Source: a virus (Duplodnaviria > Heunggongvirae > Uroviricota > Caudoviricetes). Taken from it: a stretch of 9,751 bases of DNA. The stretch lies in the IMG/VR virus record IMGVR_UViG_2802429241_000003; one strand, written 5' to 3'. Made by a program: the position numbers and the translations under genes. Of the stretch, positions 1 through 6,406 are shown one piece after another. Below the pieces are notes generated by a model that worked only from the letters and a program-made list of their open reading frames with translations, was not told the DNA's origin and did not search any database. Positions within the stretch are counted from its first letter, which is position 1, and every line of letters starts with the position of its first letter.

Positions 1-69
1 CGCTCGGTTTCGGGTATAACCTTAGGAAATTTTTTCCCACCTGTAAAGCACTTTTTATATAAATCTATA
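1..69. repeat. Terminal redundancy: 1-69 is identical to 9683-9751, consistent with a circular or circularly permuted 9682-bp unit
   Basis: Direct comparison of the first 69 bases (cgctcggtttcgggtataacc...ataaatctata) with the last 69 bases of the window: identical. Confidence 0.9.
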
Positions 70-88
70 ATTATATATTTATAGATTT
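57..88. repeat. AT-rich palindromic repeat AAATCTATAA-N8-TTATAGATTT; contains the reverse complement of the 16-bp unit TTATAGATTTATATAA found beside parA
   Basis: 61-70 aaatctataa is the reverse complement of 79-88 ttatagattt; 55-70 ttatataaatctataa is the reverse complement of ttatagatttatataa at 3818-3833 and 4607-4622. Confidence 0.55.
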
Positions 89-124
89 CCGATATTCCCG
101 GTGCCTACAAATCACCAAAACAGC

Positions 125-139
125 TCAAAATGACACTTT
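125..139. promoter_or_regulatory. 15-bp half-site copy (tcaaaatgacacttt) of the 27-bp palindrome at 9235-9261, immediately after the Q-like gene stop
   Basis: Exact 15-bp identity between 125-139 and 9244-9258; function inferred only from reuse of the motif. Confidence 0.3.
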
Positions 140-516
140 CACTCTCTTCTCTTTTTCAAGTAGTCGACAACATACGTCCTGGCTTTTGCCAGCTTCCGGC
201 GATACTGTCTGAGACTAAGAGAAAGGGCGTGGGCTTTATCAATATGCGGTGCATTTATGTCGAGGCCCCGAATCTCCCACGCCCCGTATTCAATTCGGAC
301 AACCAGCGCCGCAGTCTCATCAACTACCGTGAGGGCCGTCACCGCTCCCTCGATACTGGTTTCCAGTGAGTCATTTGGTGCGCCGCCCCCTCCGGTAAAC
401 TGGCAGCGCGTAACCATCATCATTTCTAACATCGACGCGAAACCGCTACGGGCGTTGCAGCCATTGCGCACCCACAGCGCCCATAGCTCAAACAAGCTAT
501 CCAGATCGCGTCTCAC
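139..516 (-). CDS. Short Q-like late-gene antiterminator candidate (resembles the ~125-aa Q homologues of lambdoid prophages); begins with GTG
   Basis: 125-aa ORF at the distal end of a nin-like operon. The N-terminus (FELWALWVRNG) resembles the LERWGAWAANN-type start I recall for short prophage Q proteins. SD-like GGGAGA sits about 9 nt upstream of the GTG. Family assignment is from memory and unverified. Confidence 0.5.
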   Translation of the reverse strand: MRRDLDSLFELWALWVRNGCNARSGFASMLEMMMVTRCQFTGGGGAPNDSLETSIEGAVTALTVVDETAALVVRIEYGAWEIRGLDINAPHIDKAHALSLSLRQYRRKLAKARTYVVDYLKKRRE

Positions 517-519
517 TGT

Positions 520-852
520 TCAGATCTCCCGTATCGTGACGGGATAAAGCGCCTCTACCTGCTTTTTCTTCATGATGTAGACGTCTGTTCGCACACCTTT
601 AGTGTCGACACAATCAATCGTCCCATCGTCATAAAACACCATGAAATCAAGTTTATAAACGACACCACCAGGCAGATGAAAAGGCACCTGCATAAGAAAC
701 GTCACAACGCGGCCAGCTTTTCTCAGTAGCTTCAGTTCGCAGTAGTAATCAGCCTCTTTTTTGCTATCAAAAGCGATGTCATCGACAACAGTTTTTTTAT
801 TGCCGTATTTGCTTTTCCTGGTCGCTGGTTTGCGAAAGCCGGTATATCTCAT
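520..852 (-). CDS. DUF1064-family phage protein (putative nuclease or Holliday-junction-resolvase-like protein of lambdoid nin regions)
   Basis: 110 aa with KYGNKKT...FDSKKEADYY.ELKLL...YKLDF...VDTKG motifs typical of DUF1064; start overlaps the upstream gene stop (ATGA at 849-852). Confidence 0.65.
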   Translation of the reverse strand: MRYTGFRKPATRKSKYGNKKTVVDDIAFDSKKEADYYCELKLLRKAGRVVTFLMQVPFHLPGGVVYKLDFMVFYDDGTIDCVDTKGVRTDVYIMKKKQVEALYPVTIREI

Positions 853-1253
853 TTGGTATCCCCTGGTACTTCACCAAGACTAAGATCAAACCCAATTTCG
901 TCTTTAACTGACTGCGGCAACAGCTCCCACGTCTGCGCACACAAAAATTCATCTGTGCCATAACGCTCAACAAAGCGAGCACAATTACTCAGGGGAGGGT
1001 GACGAACGGCAATATGCGGAGGCACGCGCCCACCACCAGGCACAACACCGCGATGATGTGGTGCGCACAACCCAAAGCTATGGAAGTGGCAATTCTCATC
1101 AACGCTGCCGTAATCAGGATCGTGATGCAGCTCCGTCCACAGTTCTGGATTCTCAATTTCACGGCCATCAATAATGCAAGCTATGCAACCCACGTGAGTG
1201 AGCACCGCTTGTATATAAAGTTTCTCTTTCTTCGTTGGTGTACGTCCGTTCAT
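849..1253 (-). CDS. Cys/His-rich nin-region protein, possibly a zinc-binding HNH/NinG/YbcO-like nuclease
   Basis: 134-aa ORF with spaced Cys and His pairs (GCIACI, HHD, CHFH, CAPHH) and a position in the operon analogous to ybcO/ninG; 1-nt stop/start overlap with the upstream gene at 1253. Specific family not resolvable by eye. Confidence 0.45.
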   Translation of the reverse strand: MNGRTPTKKEKLYIQAVLTHVGCIACIIDGREIENPELWTELHHDPDYGSVDENCHFHSFGLCAPHHRGVVPGGGRVPPHIAVRHPPLSNCARFVERYGTDEFLCAQTWELLPQSVKDEIGFDLSLGEVPGDTK

Positions 1254-1486
1254 CAGCGCCCCTTACCATTGATAAAGAGGTTGAACTCGTTGATTAACTG
1301 GACATACATGCTTCTGGCCGCGTAGTTCTTTGCCAGCTCTTTACGGGATGAGATCCCGCAAAACTCACGCAGAATCACAGAGGCCTCAGAACTGTTTGAA
1401 ACGTTCTTCCCTGTTTTACTGGTCAGAAAGCGCCAGAATTGGGGATTCTGGCAATGCATCGCAGCACCGCGAACATAACTACTCAT
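1253..1486 (-). CDS. Hypothetical small protein (77 aa) in the nin-like operon
   Basis: ORF with ATGA overlap to the upstream gene (1483-1486) and 1-nt overlap to the downstream gene; no recognisable motif. Confidence 0.45.
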   Translation of the reverse strand: MSSYVRGAAMHCQNPQFWRFLTSKTGKNVSNSSEASVILREFCGISSRKELAKNYAARSMYVQLINEFNLFINGKGR

Positions 1487-1998
1487 TGATGGCCCCCGTC
1501 ATTTCTGGTGCTTTTCACCGTGCGGCTTCTTAAAAACCTGCCATCACGAACAACAGACACTTCTCGTTTACCCAACCTCATTTCACGGCGGTAACATTCA
1601 GAAAATGCCTCGTCCGGCATCATATAAATGCGACGCTTCGCCTCCGTATCCAGAAGGGAACGGCTTGGGGTTACATATAAAAACGACTCATCAATAGAGA
1701 CAAAACCACGAGCAAGAATTGCTGGCAGAATGCCAGGAAGAACGCAGAAAACAGCTCCACGATGCAGCAACATCTGGTACTCCATGACCTCCGTTATCCC
1801 CGTGACTACTGTTACGGTGTCACGTCTGTTACGGCTGGCAACCAGTCGCTGCACACGTCCAATTTTCTGATCTACAGATAGATGTTTGCTATCGTTATCA
1901 ATATGATCGATAACAAATCCTTTAATCGTTTGATCAAGGTAGTGCACCACCTGCGATTGAATCTGGTGATTATCACCAAAGAAGGCCAGAATCATCAT
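1483..1998 (-). CDS. Hypothetical protein (171 aa), second gene of the leftward operon
   Basis: ORF whose ATG overlaps the stop of the Cro-like gene (ATGA at 1995-1998), with GGAGG 9 nt upstream; no confident family assignment. Confidence 0.5.
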   Translation of the reverse strand: MMILAFFGDNHQIQSQVVHYLDQTIKGFVIDHIDNDSKHLSVDQKIGRVQRLVASRNRRDTVTVVTGITEVMEYQMLLHRGAVFCVLPGILPAILARGFVSIDESFLYVTPSRSLLDTEAKRRIYMMPDEAFSECYRREMRLGKREVSVVRDGRFLRSRTVKSTRNDGGHQ

Positions 1999-2489
1999 TC
2001 CTCAAGCCTCCCAAGTGCTGAACGCCGGGCGTTGCTAATCTCCTTATGAATCAGCTCGATATCGCTGGAATCTTTATTCTTAAGCTCCAGCACGGTAATC
2101 GCATCACGAACCTCTGAAACGGTTACGTGTGAGTGTTTCCAGCGAGCAATGAATCGCGGACCGCGTAGATTGCAACGCTCCGCAGGCATCCCCAGCTCAG
2201 AGAAAACCGCTTTCAGCCTTGATAAGCAGTTAACAGGGAGATTCCCTTTGATCTTGTTCTGCCGAACCGATGTGCCATCGCTACGCTGGCGCTGACGTTC
2301 GGCAAAATCTGCCGCCCATTGCTGGACGTTAATCCGGCCTTCCGAATACGCCACCAGCAGCGTCAGGTTATCCGCACGAGGGAATCTCTCGAAGCGATAC
2401 CAGGCACCAATCAGTGATGACGTAAAGCCAAACTTTCTGGCAACACCAATTTGGCCTCCATTTTCGTCAACCCACTCCTGAAAGGTCAT
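1995..2489 (-). CDS. Cro-like HTH protein with a C-terminal extension of about 100 aa (first gene of the leftward early operon)
   Basis: 164-aa ORF divergent from the repressor gene. The N-terminus (GGQIGVARKFGFTSSLIGAWYRF...PRADNLTLL) resembles P22-type Cro/YdaS-like HTH proteins; GGAG sits 9 nt upstream of the ATG at 2489; the C-terminal domain is unassigned. Confidence 0.55.
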   Translation of the reverse strand: MTFQEWVDENGGQIGVARKFGFTSSLIGAWYRFERFPRADNLTLLVAYSEGRINVQQWAADFAERQRQRSDGTSVRQNKIKGNLPVNCLSRLKAVFSELGMPAERCNLRGPRFIARWKHSHVTVSEVRDAITVLELKNKDSSDIELIHKEISNARRSALGRLEE

Positions 2490-2508
2490 TTAACGAACTC
2501 CAGTTAAA

Positions 2509-2626
2509 ACCACGATATGTGGTATTAAAACCACATATCGTGAGTTTTTCAATGGGCGAAACAAAAAATAACCTTCTATTTGTGGTCCACCTCTCGTCTT
2601 ACCATGTGAAAACCACTAAATGTGGT
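2509..2626. promoter_or_regulatory. Immunity-region operators and divergent promoters: ACCAC-N5-GTGGT at 2509-2523, a degenerate copy at 2529-2543, and a third site at 2612-2626
   Basis: Perfect palindromes accacgatatgtggt and accactaaatgtggt plus half-degenerate accacatatcgtgag. On the minus strand a candidate promoter TTGAAA-17-TTTAAT overlaps the 2509-2543 sites; TATAAA at 2631-2636 lies upstream of the repressor start. Confidence 0.6.
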
Positions 2627-2663
2627 AATGTATAAATAACCCACCATTCACGATTGATGAGAC

Positions 2664-3320
2664 ATGAAAAGCAACGACGAGAACATCAAGAAAGAAATAG
2701 GTCTGCGCATTCAGACTCTACGGAAACAATCCGGCATGACTGCCGGAGATCTCCAGCAAGTCACTGGAATAGGCTTAAGCACCTTGCAGAACTATGAGGC
2801 CGGATTAAGACAACCATCTATACCTGCCATCAAGAAAATCGCGCACGCCCTGAAAGCATCAGCGCCTTATATCGCGTGCTTAACAGATAACCCGTTCCCA
2901 CCCCAGAATACTAACGCTCCTGTTATTCCTGGGCTTGTAGCTATAAAAAATGACATAGCATCGCACGCCGGAGAAAAGCCAGTGCTGGCGATAGAACAGG
3001 AGATTCTACGAAGCAAGAACATCAACCCATCGTCTCTGTCAGTTCTCCAGAGCAACGATGAGTTAATGTCACCAACAATATCCCCAGGCTCCCAAGTCCT
3101 GATTAATACAGACGATACAGAGATTCATGAGGGGATCTATGCCCTTGAAGACAGAAATGGCCTGGTTGTTTTGAGGCACTGTAGAGTCATACCGGGTGAC
3201 AATGCTGTTATGCTGTCAACCGAAAGGGATGCTGAAATGAACACTAAGCATCTGAATAACGAGGAATTTAAGCGTTATAAAGTTCTTGGCCGCGTAGTTA
3301 GTGTTGTCAACTGGTTATGA
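2664..3320 (+). CDS. CI-like phage repressor: N-terminal HTH_XRE domain plus C-terminal LexA/S24-peptidase-like domain
   Basis: 218-aa ORF. HTH segment LRKQSGMTAGDLQQVTGIGLSTLQNYEAG; C-terminal segment with M-S-P-T-I-S-P-G-S-QVLIN spacing typical of the S24 fold. Divergent from the cro-like gene across palindromic operators. Confidence 0.8.
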   Translation: MKSNDENIKKEIGLRIQTLRKQSGMTAGDLQQVTGIGLSTLQNYEAGLRQPSIPAIKKIAHALKASAPYIACLTDNPFPPQNTNAPVIPGLVAIKNDIASHAGEKPVLAIEQEILRSKNINPSSLSVLQSNDELMSPTISPGSQVLINTDDTEIHEGIYALEDRNGLVVLRHCRVIPGDNAVMLSTERDAEMNTKHLNNEEFKRYKVLGRVVSVVNWL

Positions 3321-3326
3321 TACACA

Positions 3327-3344
3327 GCACGGCGAAAGCCGTGC
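3327..3344 (+). other. GC-rich hairpin with GAAA tetraloop just after the repressor stop (possible partial terminator or RNA stabiliser)
   Basis: gcacggc-gaaa-gccgtgc, 7-bp stem, followed by a weak U-tract (atttct). Confidence 0.35.
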
Positions 3345-3362
3345 ATTTCTACGCTCAAAAAA

Positions 3363-3377
3363 ACCACATTTTGTGGT
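3363..3377. promoter_or_regulatory. Fourth operator copy (accacattttgtggt) between the repressor gene and the downstream 124-aa gene
   Basis: Perfect ACCAC-N5-GTGGT palindrome; TTGACA at 3382-3387 lies adjacent. Confidence 0.5.
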
Positions 3378-3412
3378 TTTGACAACATGTAAAAGTATAA
3401 AAGAGGCTACGC

Positions 3413-3787
3413 ATGGAATTACATACAGCCAATAAAAACGAAACTCTGATCACTGCTGGAATCGAAATCCAAGCGTTGAACATAGCGATTGAGTGTATGT
3501 TATGCCAAATCATTGATAATGAGAAAGATATCGACTGGATAGAATCTATCCTTCATCTGGCATCAGAACAAAAAGTCTGCCTCAAAACGGCCTTACAATA
3601 CGATGTGCCAGCGGTATCGAAGCTGTGCCAGCCATTGATGGCATATAACAGGGCTATTATTTCTGTATGCCTCATGATTCTCGATGAAAACACCCCTCTT
3701 AGCGACCGCTCAGAAGCTGCTCTAACCCTCTCACGTAAACAGCGACAGCTAGCAAATCAACTGATATCAACGATAGCTGACCTCTGA
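3413..3787 (+). CDS. Hypothetical protein (124 aa) downstream of the repressor
   Basis: ORF with AAGAGG SD 6-7 nt upstream of the ATG and a hairpin terminator after the stop; no recognisable motif. Confidence 0.5.
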   Translation: MELHTANKNETLITAGIEIQALNIAIECMLCQIIDNEKDIDWIESILHLASEQKVCLKTALQYDVPAVSKLCQPLMAYNRAIISVCLMILDENTPLSDRSEAALTLSRKQRQLANQLISTIADL

Positions 3788-3792
3788 CTGCA

Positions 3793-3822
3793 AGCGGGCT
3801 AACGCCCGCTTATATGATTATA
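3793..3822 (+). terminator. Candidate intrinsic terminator after the 124-aa gene
   Basis: Hairpin agcgggc-taac-gcccgct (7-bp stem) followed by an interrupted U-rich tract (ttatatgattat). Confidence 0.45.
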
Positions 3823-3915
3823 GATTTATATAATTATATAAAACACTTTTCATCCGCCAAAAAGTTGGTTATGCTTACCTCATTCTATAAATATAGATTT
3901 ATAGAATTATATAAT
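3811..3915. repeat. Centromere/operator-like AT-rich repeats upstream of parA (two copies of the TTATAGATTTATATAA unit)
   Basis: 3818-3833 ttatagatttatataa; 3892-3915 variant atatagatttatagaattatataa. Same unit recurs at 4607-4622 and, inverted, at 55-70. Confidence 0.5.
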
Positions 3916-3937
3916 CAAACATATGGAGTCTCGACAA

Positions 3938-4591
3938 ATGACTATATCTGTAGGTATTTTCAACGGAAAAGGCGGCGTAACCAAATCAACCATTGCTCGT
4001 GCTTTAGCAGTTGCTTATGCAAAGGCTGGCTGGAATGTATGCCTGATCGATATGGATGTGCTTAACGGAACGGTAACGCGTTGGGTACAACGCAGAATGG
4101 CCAACAATATCGAACCAGCAATCGCGGCGCAGCCGTGCGGCACACCATCACAAGTCCAGAAAATCATCGAATCAGAAGTATACGACCTGGTTATCGTCGA
4201 TGGCGGTGCCTACGCATCTGAATCAGTACCGAAGCTCTCTGAATTTCTGGATATGGTTATTTTGCCAACCAGATTCTCTACCGATGACCTGGAAACCACC
4301 GTTAACACAGCTCACGGCATCGTTAAAAAGGGTGTACCAATCAAGAAAATTTGCATGGTGTTTTCCGGCGCGGCTGAAAACGAAGCTGACTATATTGAAG
4401 CCCAAGAGTACCTGGCTAATACGCCATACTTTGTTGTCGATAAGTACATTCCCCACAAGCCAGCTCTGAGCAAAGCTCAGGATAAGGGCTTAAGCCTCAT
4501 TGAGTGCTCATACGTTGCGCCACGCAAAAAGGCAGACGACGTTATTCAGGGGATTATCAACCAGCTTGAGGCTCTGACTACTGCCGCGTAA
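3938..4591 (+). CDS. parA: ParA/ParF-type partition ATPase (deviant Walker A), type Ib partition system
   Basis: GIFNGKGGVTKST Walker A-like box, LIDMD A'-box, DLVIVDGG Walker B. GGAG sits 9 nt upstream of the ATG at 3938; the track's upstream ATG at 3923 has no SD. Confidence 0.85.
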   Translation: MTISVGIFNGKGGVTKSTIARALAVAYAKAGWNVCLIDMDVLNGTVTRWVQRRMANNIEPAIAAQPCGTPSQVQKIIESEVYDLVIVDGGAYASESVPKLSEFLDMVILPTRFSTDDLETTVNTAHGIVKKGVPIKKICMVFSGAAENEADYIEAQEYLANTPYFVVDKYIPHKPALSKAQDKGLSLIECSYVAPRKKADDVIQGIINQLEALTTAA

Positions 4592-4622
4592 TATATAATT
4601 ATAGTTTTATAGATTTATATAA
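4591..4622. repeat. Repeat copy between parA and the parG-like gene
   Basis: 4607-4622 ttatagatttatataa, identical to the unit at 3818-3833 and followed directly by the parG-like SD. Confidence 0.5.
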
Positions 4623-4634
4623 GAGGTGATACAC

Positions 4635-4883
4635 ATGGCCGCACCATCAAAACCACCAAAGAAGAACAGCAAAGGCGTACCGCCATCGATCGAACAACCG
4701 CAGGTTTTCGACCCGACTGAAACGCCAACCAGAACCAAATCAGGTGGGGCACAAATGGCGTTTAACGTCGACCCTGAATTTAAACGCGAGTACAAAACGT
4801 TCGCCAGCTCAATGGATATGTCATTGAAAGAAGTGCTGACAAAATCTTTTGAGTTACTCAAGGCTCAATACAACCAGAAGTAA
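4635..4883 (+). CDS. Small ParG-like ribbon-helix-helix centromere-binding protein candidate
   Basis: 82 aa immediately downstream of parA; AAGAGGTGA SD 5 nt upstream of the ATG at 4635. The C-terminal segment MAFNVDPEFKREYKTFASSMDMSLKEVLTKSFELL has a beta-strand then two helices like TP228 ParG, with a flexible basic N-terminus. Confidence 0.6.
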   Translation: MAAPSKPPKKNSKGVPPSIEQPQVFDPTETPTRTKSGGAQMAFNVDPEFKREYKTFASSMDMSLKEVLTKSFELLKAQYNQK

Positions 4884-4945
4884 GAGAAGGTGACGGCCTC
4901 CAGCGCCAACTGTTGGCCGTCGCGACACAACAAGGGGAATTTGTT

Positions 4946-5095
4946 ATGTCCGAGCAACAATATACACGGTTACTGAAAACTCGTCTAACCGACCTCAAAC
5001 GGCTGCAAGCTGGTCGCTTATTTGCCCTGCTATCCACCAGGCCAGAATGGGTACGTGAAGCAGTTCTGAAAGGCTTAATGCGCTCCAGCGTTTAA
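4946..5095 (+). CDS. Hypothetical small protein (49 aa)
   Basis: ATG at 4946 with AAGGGGA SD 7 nt upstream; ends just before the hairpin at 5111-5128. Short, no motif. Confidence 0.3.
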   Translation: MSEQQYTRLLKTRLTDLKRLQAGRLFALLSTRPEWVREAVLKGLMRSSV

Positions 5096-5104
5096 ATTCA
5101 ACCA

Positions 5105-5128
5105 TAAAAAAGGCCCCCGAAGGGGCCT
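5105..5128 (-). terminator. Intrinsic terminator for the minus-strand small ORF
   Basis: On the minus strand: hairpin ggcccc-ttcg-ggggcc (7 bp with the flanking A-T pair) followed by TTTTTT (5105-5110); on the plus strand the hairpin lacks a downstream U-tract. Confidence 0.6.
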
Positions 5129-5133
5129 AATCG

Positions 5134-5256
5134 CTACTTGCTGCTAATGTTTATCGTCACATTCAGAGCGTTATCAGTAATCTTCCAACCCTCCCCATGT
5201 GGCGTAAACAAAGCTCCAGTAACAACGATAAAAATACACATACAGTATTTTTTCAT
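5134..5256 (-). CDS. 40-aa small hydrophobic protein, candidate type I toxin (MKKYCMCIFIVVTGALFTPHGEGWKITDNALNVTINISSK)
   Basis: Internal ATG of the 60-aa track ORF with AAGGG SD about 8 nt upstream; hydrophobic N-terminal stretch; strong terminator immediately after the stop; candidate -10 TATAAT (minus strand, 5411-5416) about 150 nt upstream. Confidence 0.35.
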   Translation of the reverse strand: MKKYCMCIFIVVTGALFTPHGEGWKITDNALNVTINISSK

Positions 5257-5320
5257 TGTATGGCCCTTACAGGCCGTTTCACGGCATCCCCACCGACGAA
5301 AATGACGCGAGAGCAAGCAC

Positions 5321-5340
5321 GCTGTTTGTGCCTGCGTGGT
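5321..5340. repeat. Copy A of a 20-bp direct repeat (gctgtttgtgcctgcgtggt); lies in the predicted 5' leader of the small-ORF mRNA, where it is read as its complement
   Basis: 19 of 20 identity with 5570-5589; flanking sequence shows a diverged duplication of about 80 bp (ctgaaag and gcgaatc shared). Confidence 0.6.
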
Positions 5341-5569
5341 ACGGCAAGTGGATAATCCTTTCCTGAAAGTCGGTGCCCGGTTGCGAATCGGCGAAAAGGC
5401 CCCAAGCCATATTATACGTCATCCCCTTCATAATGAAGGAATAAAAAACGCTTTTATTACATAGAATTACACGTAAATAAGTTAAAAACCTTCATTTTGC
5501 ATGAGCTAATGAGCTAAATTTTTTATATGAATAGTGGACTATTCACCTAAATTGGGTAAGAATGTAGTT

Positions 5570-5672
5570 GCTGTTTGTGCTTGCGTGGTTGTATTAGTAC
5601 AACGACGTTATGCTGAAAGGACCGCGAATCCGATCGGCACGAAAGAACCGTCCTCAATAGGGCGGTTTTTTT
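5570..5672 (+). ncRNA. Candidate antisense small RNA (about 100 nt) beginning with repeat copy B and ending at an intrinsic terminator
   Basis: Copy B gctgtttgtgcttgcgtggt at 5570-5589; internal hairpin gttgta-ttag-tacaac; terminator ccgtcct-caat-agggcgg plus T7 at 5648-5672. A weak candidate promoter TGGACT-17-AAGAAT at 5535-5563 would start transcription near 5570. The 5' end is not established. Confidence 0.3.
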
Positions 5673-5676
5673 GTTT

Positions 5677-6222
5677 CTACCACCGCCCTATTGATTCAAG
5701 TATTAATGAAGGTGAATCATTTGAATTATTCGATTTTGCACCGTTATCGACCCAATCTCTGTATGCTTCATCACAACAGTACCTTACAGCAGTTGGAATA
5801 ACAGGGATGCCGCCCCCAAATGAGAACCCCATTGAGCTTATGCTAATTCTGTCGGATGGCCTATTTCTCAATGCTTCAAATCCCTTGCTGTTGAAGTAAC
5901 TCAGCATCAGAGGCAAAAGGTTATCCTCGTCCTGACTGATTGTTCCAGGGAAAAAGTAGTAACCATAGCGATTAAATTCGGGGATCAGTTTTTCTACCAA
6001 CAACATGAAATTCATTGGGCTAATATTAAGGGCTGTGCAAGCACCAAAAAGGGCATCAACTGTTAATACAGACTGCCCGTTCTCTATCTTTGTCCATGCG
6101 TTTGGTGTTTTTCCGGCAGCTTGAGCCAGCACTCCTTGATGCACACCTCTTTCTAGCCTAAGCTCTTTTATGATCATTAGGTGGATTGTTGAAAAACATG
6201 AGTTTTTTGACGGATCAGACAT
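5677..6222 (-). CDS. HTH_XRE-domain protein with a C-terminal domain of unknown function (181 aa)
   Basis: ATG at 6222 with GGAG 7 nt upstream; N-terminal IIKELRLERGVHQGVLAQAAGKTPNAWTKIENGQS is a Cro/C1-type HTH; stop lies inside an 11-bp inverted repeat (5655-5665 and 5683-5693). Confidence 0.6.
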   Translation of the reverse strand: MSDPSKNSCFSTIHLMIIKELRLERGVHQGVLAQAAGKTPNAWTKIENGQSVLTVDALFGACTALNISPMNFMLLVEKLIPEFNRYGYYFFPGTISQDEDNLLPLMLSYFNSKGFEALRNRPSDRISISSMGFSFGGGIPVIPTAVRYCCDEAYRDWVDNGAKSNNSNDSPSLILESIGRW

Positions 6223-6406
6223 TTTTTAGCTCCATATAAAACTCTATCTTTGTTCTCAATTTTAACAAACTGCCCATCTTGGGAATGTGTTGTTCCTTGT
6301 GAGAACTATACATTCCCATTTCTGGTATATCAAGAAAATTAAAAGCTCGGCATTCAAACCCACGCTATGTGGTTGTCTCTGTTAAAATCCCGCCGTATTG
6401 ACATGA

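Noticed and set aside
130-1870. Plus-strand and short minus-strand track ORFs overlapping the leftward operon (130-369, 257-547, 797-982, 989-1171, 999-1325, 1330-1533, 1628-1870)
   Set aside because: All lie antisense to or inside the coupled minus-strand genes, which have SD sequences and overlapping stop/start codons; interpreted as shadow ORFs.
2867-4861. Track ORFs antisense or out of frame to the repressor, parA and parG-like genes (2867-3055, 3814-4065, 4200-4469, 4223-4456, 4607-4861)
   Set aside because: Overlap well-supported genes; 3814-4065 runs through the repeat region into parA out of frame.
5347-5355. DnaA-box-like 9-mer AGTGGATAA (8 of 9 match to TGTGGATAA)
   Set aside because: Single isolated near-match with no cluster of boxes or adjacent AT-rich 13-mers; insufficient to call an origin.
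5534-5899. 121-aa plus-strand ORF (GTG start)
   Set aside because: Runs straight through the intrinsic terminator at 5648-5672 and lies antisense to the better-supported 181-aa gene; no SD; likely a shadow ORF. The region is better explained as a short non-coding RNA.
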